Shown here piece after piece: positions 55,461 to 64,000 of a stretch of 64,000 nt of DNA (position 1 is its first letter; every line of letters begins with the position of its first letter). The notes beneath the pieces are model-generated. The model saw only the letters and a program-made list of their open reading frames with translations. It searched no databases and was not told the origin of the DNA. Origin of the DNA: Clostridiales bacterium. GTDB lineage: Bacteria; Bacillota; Clostridia; Saccharofermentanales; DTU023. Location: the NCBI GenBank assembly GCA_028724525.1, contig JAQYCV010000028.1, positions 2,309-66,308 on the forward strand, read 5' to 3'. A program made the position numbers and the translations under genes.

Positions 55461-55525
55461 AAAAACTAATAAAAATCTAAGGTCTGGATGGGGCGAAAAA
55501 GTCTTGTCTCAATCCCCTCATCCAG
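55461..55525 (-). terminator. Terminator-like hairpin (proximal) after ispH-rpsA
   Basis: CTGGATGGGG (55484-55493) pairs with CCCCTCATCCAG (55514-55525) with one bulge. On the minus strand it is followed by TTAGATTTTTATTAGTTTTTC. Confidence 0.5.
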
Positions 55526-55538
55526 GAGACTCAGGGCC

Positions 55539-58178
55539 TTATTCCGTGACTTCTTCTTGGACTTCTGCTTTGATTTCTTCTTTTACCAAGGGCTCAGCTG
55601 TTTCAGCATTGGTTTGGTAAATGGATTCTTCCTCAACTGCTGTCACAACTTCTTCGGTTTTCGTAAGACTGTCGTCCAGATTGTCGGCCGGCTCTGGAGC
55701 TTTAGCGTTTTCGGCGGCAGCAGCAGCTTCCTCTTCTGCTTTGGCCTTGGCACGTTCTTCAGCTTCTGCCTGGGCCTTGGCCTGGGCTTTTGCTGCTTCT
55801 GCAGCTTTGGCAGCCTCTTCTTCCTTTTGTACCTTTTCCATGAACTCAGCGCCAGCTTCAGAGGCGATGGTGACATTGGCTAAGGATGCGAAGGAAGAAC
55901 CAGCAGAGGAATCCACATAGGTGGTAGGCTCAGCAGTCTCGTGGTCTTGGCGGGGTTTTCTGCCAGAACGGTGAGGTCTGCGGCCTTGGCCATCTTCTTC
56001 ACGATTGCCCCGGTCTTGGCGAGGCTCATGCTGTGTATACTCTTCAGGATTAGCAGGATCAATCGCTTCTACTTCCTTAATGGAGATAGAAATTTTACGT
56101 TCTTGATTGCTTACAGCCAGCACTCTCGCGTCAACTTCCATACCGACTTGGAGAACATCCTCAGGATGCTTGAGGTGATAGTTGGAGATTTGAGAAATAT
56201 GGCAGAGGGCATCTACGCCGGGGGCCACTTCTACAAAGGCGCCGAAGGGGAACATGCGGACCACAATACCACGGACGATAGACCCCAGAGGGAAACGCTC
56301 TTCGATATTGTAGTAGGGGTCGTTCTCTTCACGGCGATAGCCTAGAGAAATTCTATCTTTTTCCTGATCGAAATCGAGGACAAAAACCTTGAGGTGGTCA
56401 CCAACAGAGACGACTTCTGAAGGGTGCTTAATCCTGTTCCAAGAGAGTTCGCTTACATGGACCAAACCATCTACGCCACCCAGATCGACAAAGGCGCCGA
56501 AGTTAGTGATATTCCGGACTACGCCTTCATATTCCTTGCCCACTTCGATGGTATCCCATACGGATTTGGCCTTTTCAGCACGTTCTTTTTGGATGAGAGA
56601 ACGGCGGGAACCAGAAACTCTCAGTCTTCTCCGGTTAGGATCGAATTGGGTGATGAGGACTTCCATGGTCTTACCGCGATAGGCCTCGAGGTCGTCTACG
56701 CGGCGCAGGTCGAGTTGTGTGCGATGGATATAAAGGTCTACACCGCCGTAAGAAGCAATCACCCCGTCCTTGACCACATTGGTCACTTTAACGGTAATGG
56801 GGGTTTGATCCTCATAGGCTTGGCGAATAACATCTTTATGCTTTTCAAAGTCAACCTTGGCCTTGGACAGCATAATTTCTTTACCCATGTCGGTATTCTT
56901 GATGCTACGGACATAGACTTCCACTTCATCGTGGTTGGCCACAGCCTGTTCAAGATCAAAGTCCGGATCGTCGACGAATTCGTGACGGGGAACCTTACCC
57001 TCGGACTTGTCCTTGACGTCTACATATACATACTCGTCGTCATAGCGGACGATAGGTCCTGTGACGATGACACCACGCTTAAGCTGGGGAATGCCTTCGA
57101 TATAGTCGGAAAATGAGAAGTCGCTGTCATCCATGGACTCAGCTTCTTGGTCATGGGCTACTTCTGGAGCAGGGCTTGCCTGTGTGTCATTACCGGAGTC
57201 ATGTCCTGCGGTTTGAGGGTCTTGCTCTGTGACTTCCTCAACCACTGGGTTTTCAGCTACTTGCTCGAGCATGTCATTCTCTTGGCTGAAATTGTTTTGT
57301 TCTGTCATTACGTGAATAACCTCCCTGATCATACGTTCCGGTGTTGACGCTCCTGCTGTGATTCCGATTCGCATCTGTCGCAGATCCCTAGCCCTGAGCA
57401 AGGCTTGAACCTGGTCCGGCCGTTGAATTAAATATGTTCGACTGCAGTAGTCACGGCAGATTTGCAAGAGTTTACCCGTATTTGAGCTACGCTCACTACC
57501 CAAGACCAAGACTAGATCTGAGTGGCGGGCTAGGTCAGCGGCCTCTTTTTGCCGTTGGGCAGTCGTCCGACATATTGTATCAAAGATTTCAAGATTTATC
57601 AGTTTATTCTCAAGTATTTTACTAATAGAGGCGAATTTCTCCAGGGAAAAGGTCGTTTGAGCCGCTAAAATCCACGCAGACACAGGCCAGGCAGAGAAAT
57701 TGATGCCTTCCAAGCCTGCAGCATCAGGGATCACCAGGGCGGGTTCACCTGCCCGGGACATGATGCCGCGGACTTCAGGATGGTCGCAGTCTCCACAGAG
57801 GATAAAGCCCTTGCCTTCTGCCCGGGCTCGGCTGGCCAGGTCTTGGACACGCTTGACCCACACGCAGGTACAATCAACAAGACAGCCCGCCCGCGATTGC
57901 AACTGGGCTTCCTCCTCCTCGGTCACGCCGTGGGCACGCACTAAAACAAGATCTTGCTGTTTATCGCTCAACTGCTCAGGGTCAGATAAGGCATTAAAAC
58001 CTGCTTGAGTCAGGTCATCGATTACCTGGCTGTTATGAACGAGGTCGCCATACATGAAAAGTCGCCCCCTGCCTTGATAATCCCGGGCTTCTTGGTAGGC
58101 AGTATCGACCGCTTTTTTGACACCAGGACAAAAACCTGCGGATGGAGCAACTGTAATCTGGAGTTTATGCTTTTTCAT
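55539..58178 (-). CDS. ispH: Bifunctional IspH (HMBPP reductase) / ribosomal protein S1 fusion with Ala/Glu/Lys-rich C-terminal tail
   Basis: The N-terminal LytB domain has GFCPGVKKAV and further Cys ligands. It is followed by four S1 repeats (GxVxxxxxFGAFVxL-type) and a ~150-aa low-complexity tail. ATG 58178 (GGAGGA 5 nt upstream) overlaps the plsC stop. The ORF-track start 58301 is an upstream extension. Confidence 0.9.
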   Translation of the reverse strand: MKKHKLQITVAPSAGFCPGVKKAVDTAYQEARDYQGRGRLFMYGDLVHNSQVIDDLTQAGFNALSDPEQLSDKQQDLVLVRAHGVTEEEEAQLQSRAGCLVDCTCVWVKRVQDLASRARAEGKGFILCGDCDHPEVRGIMSRAGEPALVIPDAAGLEGINFSAWPVSAWILAAQTTFSLEKFASISKILENKLINLEIFDTICRTTAQRQKEAADLARHSDLVLVLGSERSSNTGKLLQICRDYCSRTYLIQRPDQVQALLRARDLRQMRIGITAGASTPERMIREVIHVMTEQNNFSQENDMLEQVAENPVVEEVTEQDPQTAGHDSGNDTQASPAPEVAHDQEAESMDDSDFSFSDYIEGIPQLKRGVIVTGPIVRYDDEYVYVDVKDKSEGKVPRHEFVDDPDFDLEQAVANHDEVEVYVRSIKNTDMGKEIMLSKAKVDFEKHKDVIRQAYEDQTPITVKVTNVVKDGVIASYGGVDLYIHRTQLDLRRVDDLEAYRGKTMEVLITQFDPNRRRLRVSGSRRSLIQKERAEKAKSVWDTIEVGKEYEGVVRNITNFGAFVDLGGVDGLVHVSELSWNRIKHPSEVVSVGDHLKVFVLDFDQEKDRISLGYRREENDPYYNIEERFPLGSIVRGIVVRMFPFGAFVEVAPGVDALCHISQISNYHLKHPEDVLQVGMEVDARVLAVSNQERKISISIKEVEAIDPANPEEYTQHEPRQDRGNREEDGQGRRPHRSGRKPRQDHETAEPTTYVDSSAGSSFASLANVTIASEAGAEFMEKVQKEEEAAKAAEAAKAQAKAQAEAEERAKAKAEEEAAAAAENAKAPEPADNLDDSLTKTEEVVTAVEEESIYQTNAETAEPLVKEEIKAEVQEEVTE

Positions 58179-58869
58179 GCTGGTCCTCCATAGGCATTGA
58201 GTCGGTAAACTTGTCCACTCTATCCTGCAGGGGACCAGGTAGGTCACCCAATAGGCCATAGATCTTGGCCAAAATATAGGCCGCCGCTGCGGTCTCTTCA
58301 CCAGCTTTGACCACAGGCATGTGGAAAGCGGGACCCACCACCACCCGGTGGCGGCGGAAGAGCCGGTAGGGATATTCCAAGCAAATAGGAATTAGAGGAA
58401 CCTTAGCCCGGCTTAAGAGATGAACCAAGCCGGCCTTGGGCAAGATCTCCCCTTGTTTCCCCTCTTTGATCCGGGTTGCTTCAGGAAAAACCGCCAAGAC
58501 GCCTCCATCTTTCAGGAGAGCAAAAATCTGCTTGACCGCAGTGAAGTTACTGGCTTCTCTGTCGATAGGAATGGCGCCAAAGCCCTTGATTACTGGGGCC
58601 ATCAGAGGAGAGTCAAAGAGTTCCTTCTTGCCCAGCCAGATAGGATTAAGGGGGATGGCCGGATTCAGGAGCATGACATCAAAAAAGGATTGGTGATTGG
58701 CCAAGATGATATAGGGACCCTGCTGCGGTAGATTGTCCAAGCCATAATAGCGGGGTCGGTAAAGCAGGCGGCTCAAGGGCTTGAGGATATGGTAAGCCCA
58801 GCGAGACTGCCAGGGCAGGCCGGAGAGGTCCGGCTTCCAAGGGGGGCGTTTGCATCCGAGATCTGACAT
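58165..58869 (-). CDS. plsC: 1-acyl-sn-glycerol-3-phosphate acyltransferase
   Basis: NHQSFFD (HX4D) and FPEATR motifs. Confidence 0.9.
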   Translation of the reverse strand: MSDLGCKRPPWKPDLSGLPWQSRWAYHILKPLSRLLYRPRYYGLDNLPQQGPYIILANHQSFFDVMLLNPAIPLNPIWLGKKELFDSPLMAPVIKGFGAIPIDREASNFTAVKQIFALLKDGGVLAVFPEATRIKEGKQGEILPKAGLVHLLSRAKVPLIPICLEYPYRLFRRHRVVVGPAFHMPVVKAGEETAAAAYILAKIYGLLGDLPGPLQDRVDKFTDSMPMEDQHEKA

Positions 58870-59553
58870 TTAGGGAACAAGCTCCAAGCCTGCAGCTTGT
58901 ATGAGGGTCAGCATCTGGTCAAGGACCTGGTCGAAACTTAGCTCAGAAGAGTCAATGACATGGGCATCATCAGCACATTTCAAGGGAGAGTCTGCCCGGT
59001 GAGAATCCTGATAGTCTCTGGCCTCAATATCCGCTAGCACCTCCTCTAGTCCCAGTCTTTCTCCCCGGGCTTGGAGTTCAGACCAGCGGCGTCTGGCACG
59101 GGTCTCAGGACTGGCCGTTAAGAAAAACTTAATGTCTGCATCTGGCAAAACCACCGTGCCGATGTCTCGGCCATCCAAAATGAAGGATTGACTTTCCGCT
59201 AACTTTCGCTGAATGGCCACCAGATAGGCCCGAACTTGGGAGTAGCGGGAGACATCCGAAGCAGCCCGGGAAACCTGGCTGGTATAGAGATCAGCAGACC
59301 GGTCTATGCCGTTAACCAAGGTATGCTGGTCTGCTCCCTCAAAGTCCACGCTTAAGTCATAGTGGTTGAGATGTGCCAAAACTTGGTCTGGGTCGCTGGG
59401 ATCTAGACCGTCCTGGAGGAGGGCCGCAGCCAAGGCCCGATACATGGCCCCAGTATCCAAATGGGCTAGCTGGAGCCGCTCGGCCAGGGCGCTAGCGCTG
59501 GTGCTCTTACCAGCGCCAGAGGGGCCATCTATAGCAATCGTGATATTTTTCAT
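58870..59553 (-). CDS. cmk: Cytidylate kinase
   Basis: IAIDGPSGAGKST P-loop, DTGAMYR. Confidence 0.95.
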   Translation of the reverse strand: MKNITIAIDGPSGAGKSTSASALAERLQLAHLDTGAMYRALAAALLQDGLDPSDPDQVLAHLNHYDLSVDFEGADQHTLVNGIDRSADLYTSQVSRAASDVSRYSQVRAYLVAIQRKLAESQSFILDGRDIGTVVLPDADIKFFLTASPETRARRRWSELQARGERLGLEEVLADIEARDYQDSHRADSPLKCADDAHVIDSSELSFDQVLDQMLTLIQAAGLELVP

Positions 59554-60122
59554 CGATCTTCCTCTCCTTCTTCACCATCCTCAAGTTTGCGGAGGTTGTC
59601 ATACATTAATAATTCCATGGGTTTGAGCTCTTCAACTGAAGATAGACCTATGTCGAGCATGAATTTTTCTGTGACCCGGAAAAGGCTGGGCCTGCCCACT
59701 TGTTCCAGGACCCCACACTCTTCCAGGAAGCCACGCTCAATCAAACGGGCGATCACCCCATCTGAATTCACGCCCCGCACAGCCTCCACTTGCGCCCGGG
59801 TCACAGGCTGATTATAGAGGACACAAGCCAAGGTTTCATAAGAGGCAGGGCTCAGCGGGGGCAGATAACCAGGCCGGTAGAGTCTTGCCAATAAGTCCTT
59901 AAAGTCTGTTTTAACACTCAGGACATACTTGTCTTCAACCCGGCGCAAATCCATGGCCGACCTAGGATCTTCCTTGTAATGCTTGGCCAAATTATCCAGG
60001 GCGGATTGTGTCTGGTCAGGCTCGAGATCTAAAAGCTCCGAAAGTTCTGCAAGGGTCAGGCCATCTCCTGCCGCAAACAAGAGGGCCTCCAGGCTGGCTA
60101 AATAAGCTTGATCACTATTCAT
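59550..60122 (-). CDS. scpB: Segregation and condensation protein B
   Basis: LEALLFAAGDGLTL N-terminus and tandem winged-helix domains, overlapping the scpA stop. Confidence 0.9.
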   Translation of the reverse strand: MNSDQAYLASLEALLFAAGDGLTLAELSELLDLEPDQTQSALDNLAKHYKEDPRSAMDLRRVEDKYVLSVKTDFKDLLARLYRPGYLPPLSPASYETLACVLYNQPVTRAQVEAVRGVNSDGVIARLIERGFLEECGVLEQVGRPSLFRVTEKFMLDIGLSSVEELKPMELLMYDNLRKLEDGEEGEEDR

Positions 60123-60873
60123 CTATATCCTTCTCCTGCCGGTTGCGTACCAGGGTAATGGGGCCAAAAACCTTGTCTTGCTTAGCCTCCAGCCGATTGC
60201 TATTCACAAGTTCCAGGACGGCTAAAAAACCGCTGACCCTTTCATCTTGCCCACCCTGGGCGGGGAAAAGATCGTGAAAGAAGACTGAGCTCTTATGGCG
60301 GAATTCTTTAAACAAACGGCGTACAGCGTCCTTAATAGTAAAACGCTGGGGTTTGAGCAGGCGCTTGATCCGCAAATTCTGTTGATTATAACGCTGGGCA
60401 TTGATGGCCGCTAAGCGGTCTGCGGCAGCCCAGACCTGGTCTGCCTGCAAGGGATCTTCGACCATCTCAACTTCTAGGCCCAACTGGCTAGGCAATAGAG
60501 CTTCTCTCTGCACCGTTCCGCCATATTGGGCATAAAGATCTTCCAGATCCTCTGCCAGGACCTTCATCCGGCGGTAGGCCATCAGTTGCAGGACTAGCTC
60601 GTCCATGGGCCCTGCTTCTGTCTCCGCTAGGGGCCGCTTGGGCAAGAGTAGGCTGGTCTTGATCTGCATGAGGGTGGATGCCATCACAACAAACTCTGAG
60701 GCCAGGTCCATATCTAGGTCTGCCTGTGAGTCGTCCTCAATAACAGCAAGATATTGTGCGGCAATCTCCGCTATGGGCAGATCAAAAAGATCAGCCTTTT
60801 TATCCCGAATAATATGGTCTAAAAGGGCCAGAGGACTAGCATATTCGCGAATATCATAATGGAATTCCGACAT
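60115..60873 (-). CDS. scpA: Segregation and condensation protein A (kleisin)
   Basis: GPLALLDHIIRDKKADLFDLPIAEI-type N-terminus, 252 aa. Confidence 0.9.
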   Translation of the reverse strand: MSEFHYDIREYASPLALLDHIIRDKKADLFDLPIAEIAAQYLAVIEDDSQADLDMDLASEFVVMASTLMQIKTSLLLPKRPLAETEAGPMDELVLQLMAYRRMKVLAEDLEDLYAQYGGTVQREALLPSQLGLEVEMVEDPLQADQVWAAADRLAAINAQRYNQQNLRIKRLLKPQRFTIKDAVRRLFKEFRHKSSVFFHDLFPAQGGQDERVSGFLAVLELVNSNRLEAKQDKVFGPITLVRNRQEKDIDE

Positions 60874-60882
60874 AGCGTAAGT

Positions 60883-61593
60883 CTACCCTAAGATAAGCTG
60901 GATGAGCCAATCAGCCAAGCTGGTCCAGGGCTTCATGAGGAGGTAGTTAAAAGGAGTGGCCAGCCAAGATAAAATCCCCCCCATATAAGACCCAGCCAAG
61001 AAGAAAACTGCCAGCAGAGCCAAACCAATATAGCGCTCATAACGGGCCAGCCAGGCAAAGGCGCGATCAGGCAGGAAATAGGCAAAAATTTTAGAGCCAT
61101 CTAAAGGGGGCAGGGGGAGAAGATTAAAAACAGCCAAGCCGATATTGGAAAAGTAGAAGGCCAGGAATAAGTCATATATAAATCTAAAAGTCGCCAAGCT
61201 CGTGGGCGCCAAGGCCGGATTATTGACCAGGACAAGGGCCGCTACTACTCGGGTCAGGTTAAATAAAAAGGCCGCCACAAAAGCAATGGCCAGGTTGGAA
61301 AGGGGGCCGGCTAAGCTGACTAAAAGCACGCCCTGCTTAAGGGACTTGGCCTTAGTTAGTTTACTGTAATTGACGGGTACCGGCTTGGCCCATCCAATAC
61401 GCGCGATGAGGAAAGCCAGGCTTCCTAGGGGGTCTAAGTGAGCAAAAGGATTGAGGGTTAAGCGACCTGCTTGAGCAGCTGTGTCATCCCCCAAAGCATA
61501 AGCCACCCGGCCATGCGCATACTCATGGGTAGATAAAGACAAAGTCAATACAAGAACTGTCGATAGGATGCCCGGTATATCCAGGTTGAGCAT
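60883..61593 (-). CDS. Site-2 protease family (M50) membrane metalloprotease, small form
   Basis: HEYAHG (HExxH) in TM and an NLLPLPPLDG motif, with no PDZ domain. Confidence 0.85.
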   Translation of the reverse strand: MLNLDIPGILSTVLVLTLSLSTHEYAHGRVAYALGDDTAAQAGRLTLNPFAHLDPLGSLAFLIARIGWAKPVPVNYSKLTKAKSLKQGVLLVSLAGPLSNLAIAFVAAFLFNLTRVVAALVLVNNPALAPTSLATFRFIYDLFLAFYFSNIGLAVFNLLPLPPLDGSKIFAYFLPDRAFAWLARYERYIGLALLAVFFLAGSYMGGILSWLATPFNYLLMKPWTSLADWLIQLILG

Positions 61594-61654
61594 GGGCTAT
61601 TTCCTCTCCCGCTAAAGTCTAGAGGATTATAACACATGGTCCCCGGGCTCGGCA

Positions 61655-61685
61655 GAAACAGGAATGCCCGGCTAAACAGCCGGGC
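61655..61685 (-). terminator. Terminator-like hairpin after the LPXTG protein gene
   Basis: GCCCGGCT-AAAC-AGCCGGGC stem. On the minus strand it is followed by a weak U-tract, ATTCCTGTTTCT. Confidence 0.5.
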
Positions 61686-61699
61686 CATGAGGATTTGCC

Positions 61700-63826
61700 T
61701 TAGAGCACTTTGACTTGCAACTTACGGAAAAGAAAGCCTAGAAATAAGAGCAAACTGCTATAGATACTGGTATCTGCGGCCCCCGTACGAGGAAGTTGAA
61801 CAGCTAAGTTTGCCGTGTCGGGACGTCTTTCCACATAGGAACCCACTTGAATGGGCGGGGCCTGTCCCGGTGCAGGGTCAGGCAAGACATTATTCACTTT
61901 GACCTCCACCGAGGGGGCAGCATTCTGGATTGGGGGATTGACAATCAAGTCTCTAGGCTCGGGCTGAGGAAGGCTGGGACTACTGGTCTGGATATTCTTT
62001 TCAGGCTCTGGCTTGCGTTGGTTATATAAAGGGAAATTAAGTTTTAAGGCCCGACTTCCATCAGCTAGGGGCAGGCTAGCCTCTAAATTACTGAGATCTA
62101 GGTCTAGGGGGGCCATAGCCTGGTGGTAGGCTCCCGCATTCAGCTCTACAAGGCGGAAATGACCAGGAAAAGGAGGGATTAGCTCTAAGGAGGTCCAAAG
62201 TTCTCCATCTTGAGGTCTTTCACCCAAGACCAAGCTGGAATCAGGCAGGTCTTGCAAAGTTGAGAGGGCAACGAGGCTACCGGCAGGTAAGCGGGTATAA
62301 GCGTTGGCAAAGTCATCTTTGAGCTCTAAGCCAAAGCACATCTGGCTAAGATTGGCTTGTAGGGCCGCCGGTTCGATATTCTGAATCCCTTTGAGAACCT
62401 TATTGGCCTGTAGTCTAAGGGCTATACGGGAATTCCTCACCACAAAGGGCTGGTCTGGGGCCGTTGGGTCTGTATCTTCTACCACGCTAAGCTTGATCGG
62501 GGATGTCTCTAGGGCATAGCCAGCTGGGGCGTCCAGCTCCTGTAAGAGATAATTGACACAGGGTATTTCCTCAAAGTAAGCCTTGCCATCTGAATCTGTC
62601 GTAAATTCCAGGCTAAAATCTCCGGCGGGCAACAAGCCTTCCTCTGTGACCACGTCATCTGTGGCTGTTAGCTTAAAAGTGACCTGGTCCAAGCCCTTTT
62701 CTTCATAGATGGGCTTGTAAAGCGCATGTCCATCACTTAAATCTTGCCTGTCCCAAGCCACGACTTGTGGGGCTAATTTTTGAATAGTCAGACGGGCGGT
62801 CGGGGTGGGAGGCAGCCACTTGACCATAGAATGCAGGCTGAAACTGAAAGAGTTGGGATCCAAATGATATTCGGGAGCGACTACAGCTTGTTCCTCACCA
62901 TTGTCTAAACAATACATGGTGGAAGGACCTCCCCAGGCAATCGTGACCGGAAGCGAGTTAGCAAAATCCTCCGAAGCTTGGAGCTTGAGCGTGTTAGGAT
63001 ACACCCAACTGATGTCCACATAGCCCCGGTCTCCCTCTATTCTTTGAGCTTGGTTTGGGAAATAGCCGGCAGAAAGCATGATGCTCTCTAAAACGCCTTT
63101 ATCATCTGTAAGGATGGTCTCCTTACCAGGCTCTATTTCATAGTCTTGGCCAGCCAAGCTAGGTAAGCCTGCCTTGTAAGCCTCTCTCCGTTTCTCTATT
63201 GCCTCTTTAAATGGCGGATACCAGCTCTGATCGCCTCGCATGCCAAAATAATTGCCTGGACTAATCTCAAAGCCTAATTTTTCCCAGACATACATCTGGG
63301 CAGCCGAATAATCATCATCTGTTGGCGCAGGCAGGCAGCCAAAGCCAAAATACATAGCCTCTCTTACGTCCTCCACGACAGCATCAAGGCTGGAGCCAGA
63401 AAACTGATATTGTTTTGCCAGCAAACCAGGGACAGTGTCGTAATAATGAGGAATATTCAGAGGTTCCTTTTGGAACTTGGTTAAGGGCATGATGCAAAAA
63501 TAAGTTTGATTCTGCGCAGGGTCAGACAAATGTGTGATGAAAAAATGGGTGGAATCTATGCCATTTTCTGTATGGGCCGCTGGGGCGCGGTTCTGGTGTT
63601 TAGTAAAGCAGGAAACCTTAATTAAAGCTCTACTATTCTTGAACTCCTGTAAATTGAGCTGAAAATTTGGCCACGCCGCGCCTGGAGAGTAGGCAGACTG
63701 CGGGGCTGGGGCCTCCTCTGCCACTGTCAAAACACCTAAGCCAGCGAAGAGACTAAAGACGCAGGCTAAAATGAGCAAGAAAGTCATTGTGGCTTTCCTG
63801 AACCTGGGAAAATACTGGATACTCAT
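61700..63826 (-). CDS. LPXTG-anchored cell-wall surface protein with Cna-B/SpaA-type fold domain(s)
   Basis: It has a signal peptide (MTFLLILACVFSLFAGLG) and a C-terminal sorting signal, LPRTG plus a hydrophobic stretch plus RK. The central segment TFKLTATDD...DSDGKAYFEEIPCVNYLLQELDAPAGYAL matches the Cna-B/SpaA prealbumin-like pattern. The RBS AGGAGGA lies 5 nt upstream of ATG 63826. Confidence 0.85.
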   Translation of the reverse strand: MSIQYFPRFRKATMTFLLILACVFSLFAGLGVLTVAEEAPAPQSAYSPGAAWPNFQLNLQEFKNSRALIKVSCFTKHQNRAPAAHTENGIDSTHFFITHLSDPAQNQTYFCIMPLTKFQKEPLNIPHYYDTVPGLLAKQYQFSGSSLDAVVEDVREAMYFGFGCLPAPTDDDYSAAQMYVWEKLGFEISPGNYFGMRGDQSWYPPFKEAIEKRREAYKAGLPSLAGQDYEIEPGKETILTDDKGVLESIMLSAGYFPNQAQRIEGDRGYVDISWVYPNTLKLQASEDFANSLPVTIAWGGPSTMYCLDNGEEQAVVAPEYHLDPNSFSFSLHSMVKWLPPTPTARLTIQKLAPQVVAWDRQDLSDGHALYKPIYEEKGLDQVTFKLTATDDVVTEEGLLPAGDFSLEFTTDSDGKAYFEEIPCVNYLLQELDAPAGYALETSPIKLSVVEDTDPTAPDQPFVVRNSRIALRLQANKVLKGIQNIEPAALQANLSQMCFGLELKDDFANAYTRLPAGSLVALSTLQDLPDSSLVLGERPQDGELWTSLELIPPFPGHFRLVELNAGAYHQAMAPLDLDLSNLEASLPLADGSRALKLNFPLYNQRKPEPEKNIQTSSPSLPQPEPRDLIVNPPIQNAAPSVEVKVNNVLPDPAPGQAPPIQVGSYVERRPDTANLAVQLPRTGAADTSIYSSLLLFLGFLFRKLQVKVL

Positions 63827-63903
63827 AAAAGTCCTCCTGAACTAGTTTTGTCATACGACATCACTATTATTCCAAGCTTTTATGGAGTTCCTTATTAAAA
63901 AGA

Positions 63904-63938
63904 TCGACAATAGCTAGCATTTGCTAGCATTTTGTCGA
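63904..63938. promoter_or_regulatory. 35-bp composite palindrome upstream of the surface-protein gene (candidate operator)
   Basis: TCGACAA-TA-GCTAGCATTT-GCTAGCATTT-TGTCGA. The outer arms are a 7-bp inverted repeat, and the inner part is a tandem pair of GCTAGC palindromes. It lies ~80-110 bp upstream of the ATG. Confidence 0.45.
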
Positions 63939-64000
63939 AACATCGCAGGGCTATAAATGGATGGAAATGGCTTAGCAGTTAAAAGCAAGCCACTTATCTA

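Noticed and set aside
1-64000. A scan for CRISPR arrays, tRNA/rRNA genes, transposases, integrases, phage genes, toxin-antitoxin pairs and known defence modules.
   Set aside because: I saw no regularly spaced direct repeats with unique spacers, no cloverleaf-capable segments in the short intergenic regions, and no ORF with DDE/tyrosine-recombinase, nuclease-NTPase or other defence hallmarks. The window is essentially a core-genome segment.

Overview
This is a 64-kb chromosomal window from a PolC-type Bacillota (Firmicutes) genome. The lineage is probably Clostridia-like, judging from the MEP-pathway genes dxr/ispG/ispH, an IspH-S1 fusion, an archaeal-type ProS and a PASTA kinase. I call 53 protein genes, one truncated at the left edge, and 48 of them are on the minus strand. 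Almost all are core housekeeping genes in Bacillus-like synteny. The blocks are priA-def-fmt-(yugP-like)-rsmB-rlmN-stp-prkC-rsgA-rpe-thiN-tyrS; rpsB-tsf-pyrH-frr-uppS-cdsA-dxr-rseP-ispG-polC; scpA-scpB-cmk-plsC-ispH/rpsA; pta-ackA-proS; and rpmF-der-typA-mltG, plus glgP and a pullulanase. I found no rRNA, tRNA, CRISPR array, transposase, integrase, prophage or recognisable defence genes. I do not see an obvious novel multi-gene system of the defence or mobile type. The leads worth following are these: (1) An eight-gene, regulator-less sugar operon (47.5-55.3 kb) combines a CUT2 ABC importer with a D-lyxose-isomerase-type cupin, a DUF4432/mutarotase-like protein, a PHI-type SIS isomerase, an AlsE/RPE-like epimerase and a PfkB kinase, a combination not matching any textbook pathway I know. 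(2) The PolC proofreading insert appears to lack the DEDDh signature residues. (3) A 700-bp non-coding gap between convergent genes (13.2-13.9 kb) carries a TTGCAA-cored repeat family in both orientations that can fold into a ~160-nt imperfect hairpin. (4) A 483-aa membrane-anchored protein of unknown family lies between pta and tmcAL. (5) An LPXTG surface protein has a possible thioester-type N-domain, and a sortase carries a ~150-aa Pro-rich cytoplasmic tail. All calls rest on reading the supplied translations and the DNA by eye. No database search, HMM or folding program was run.
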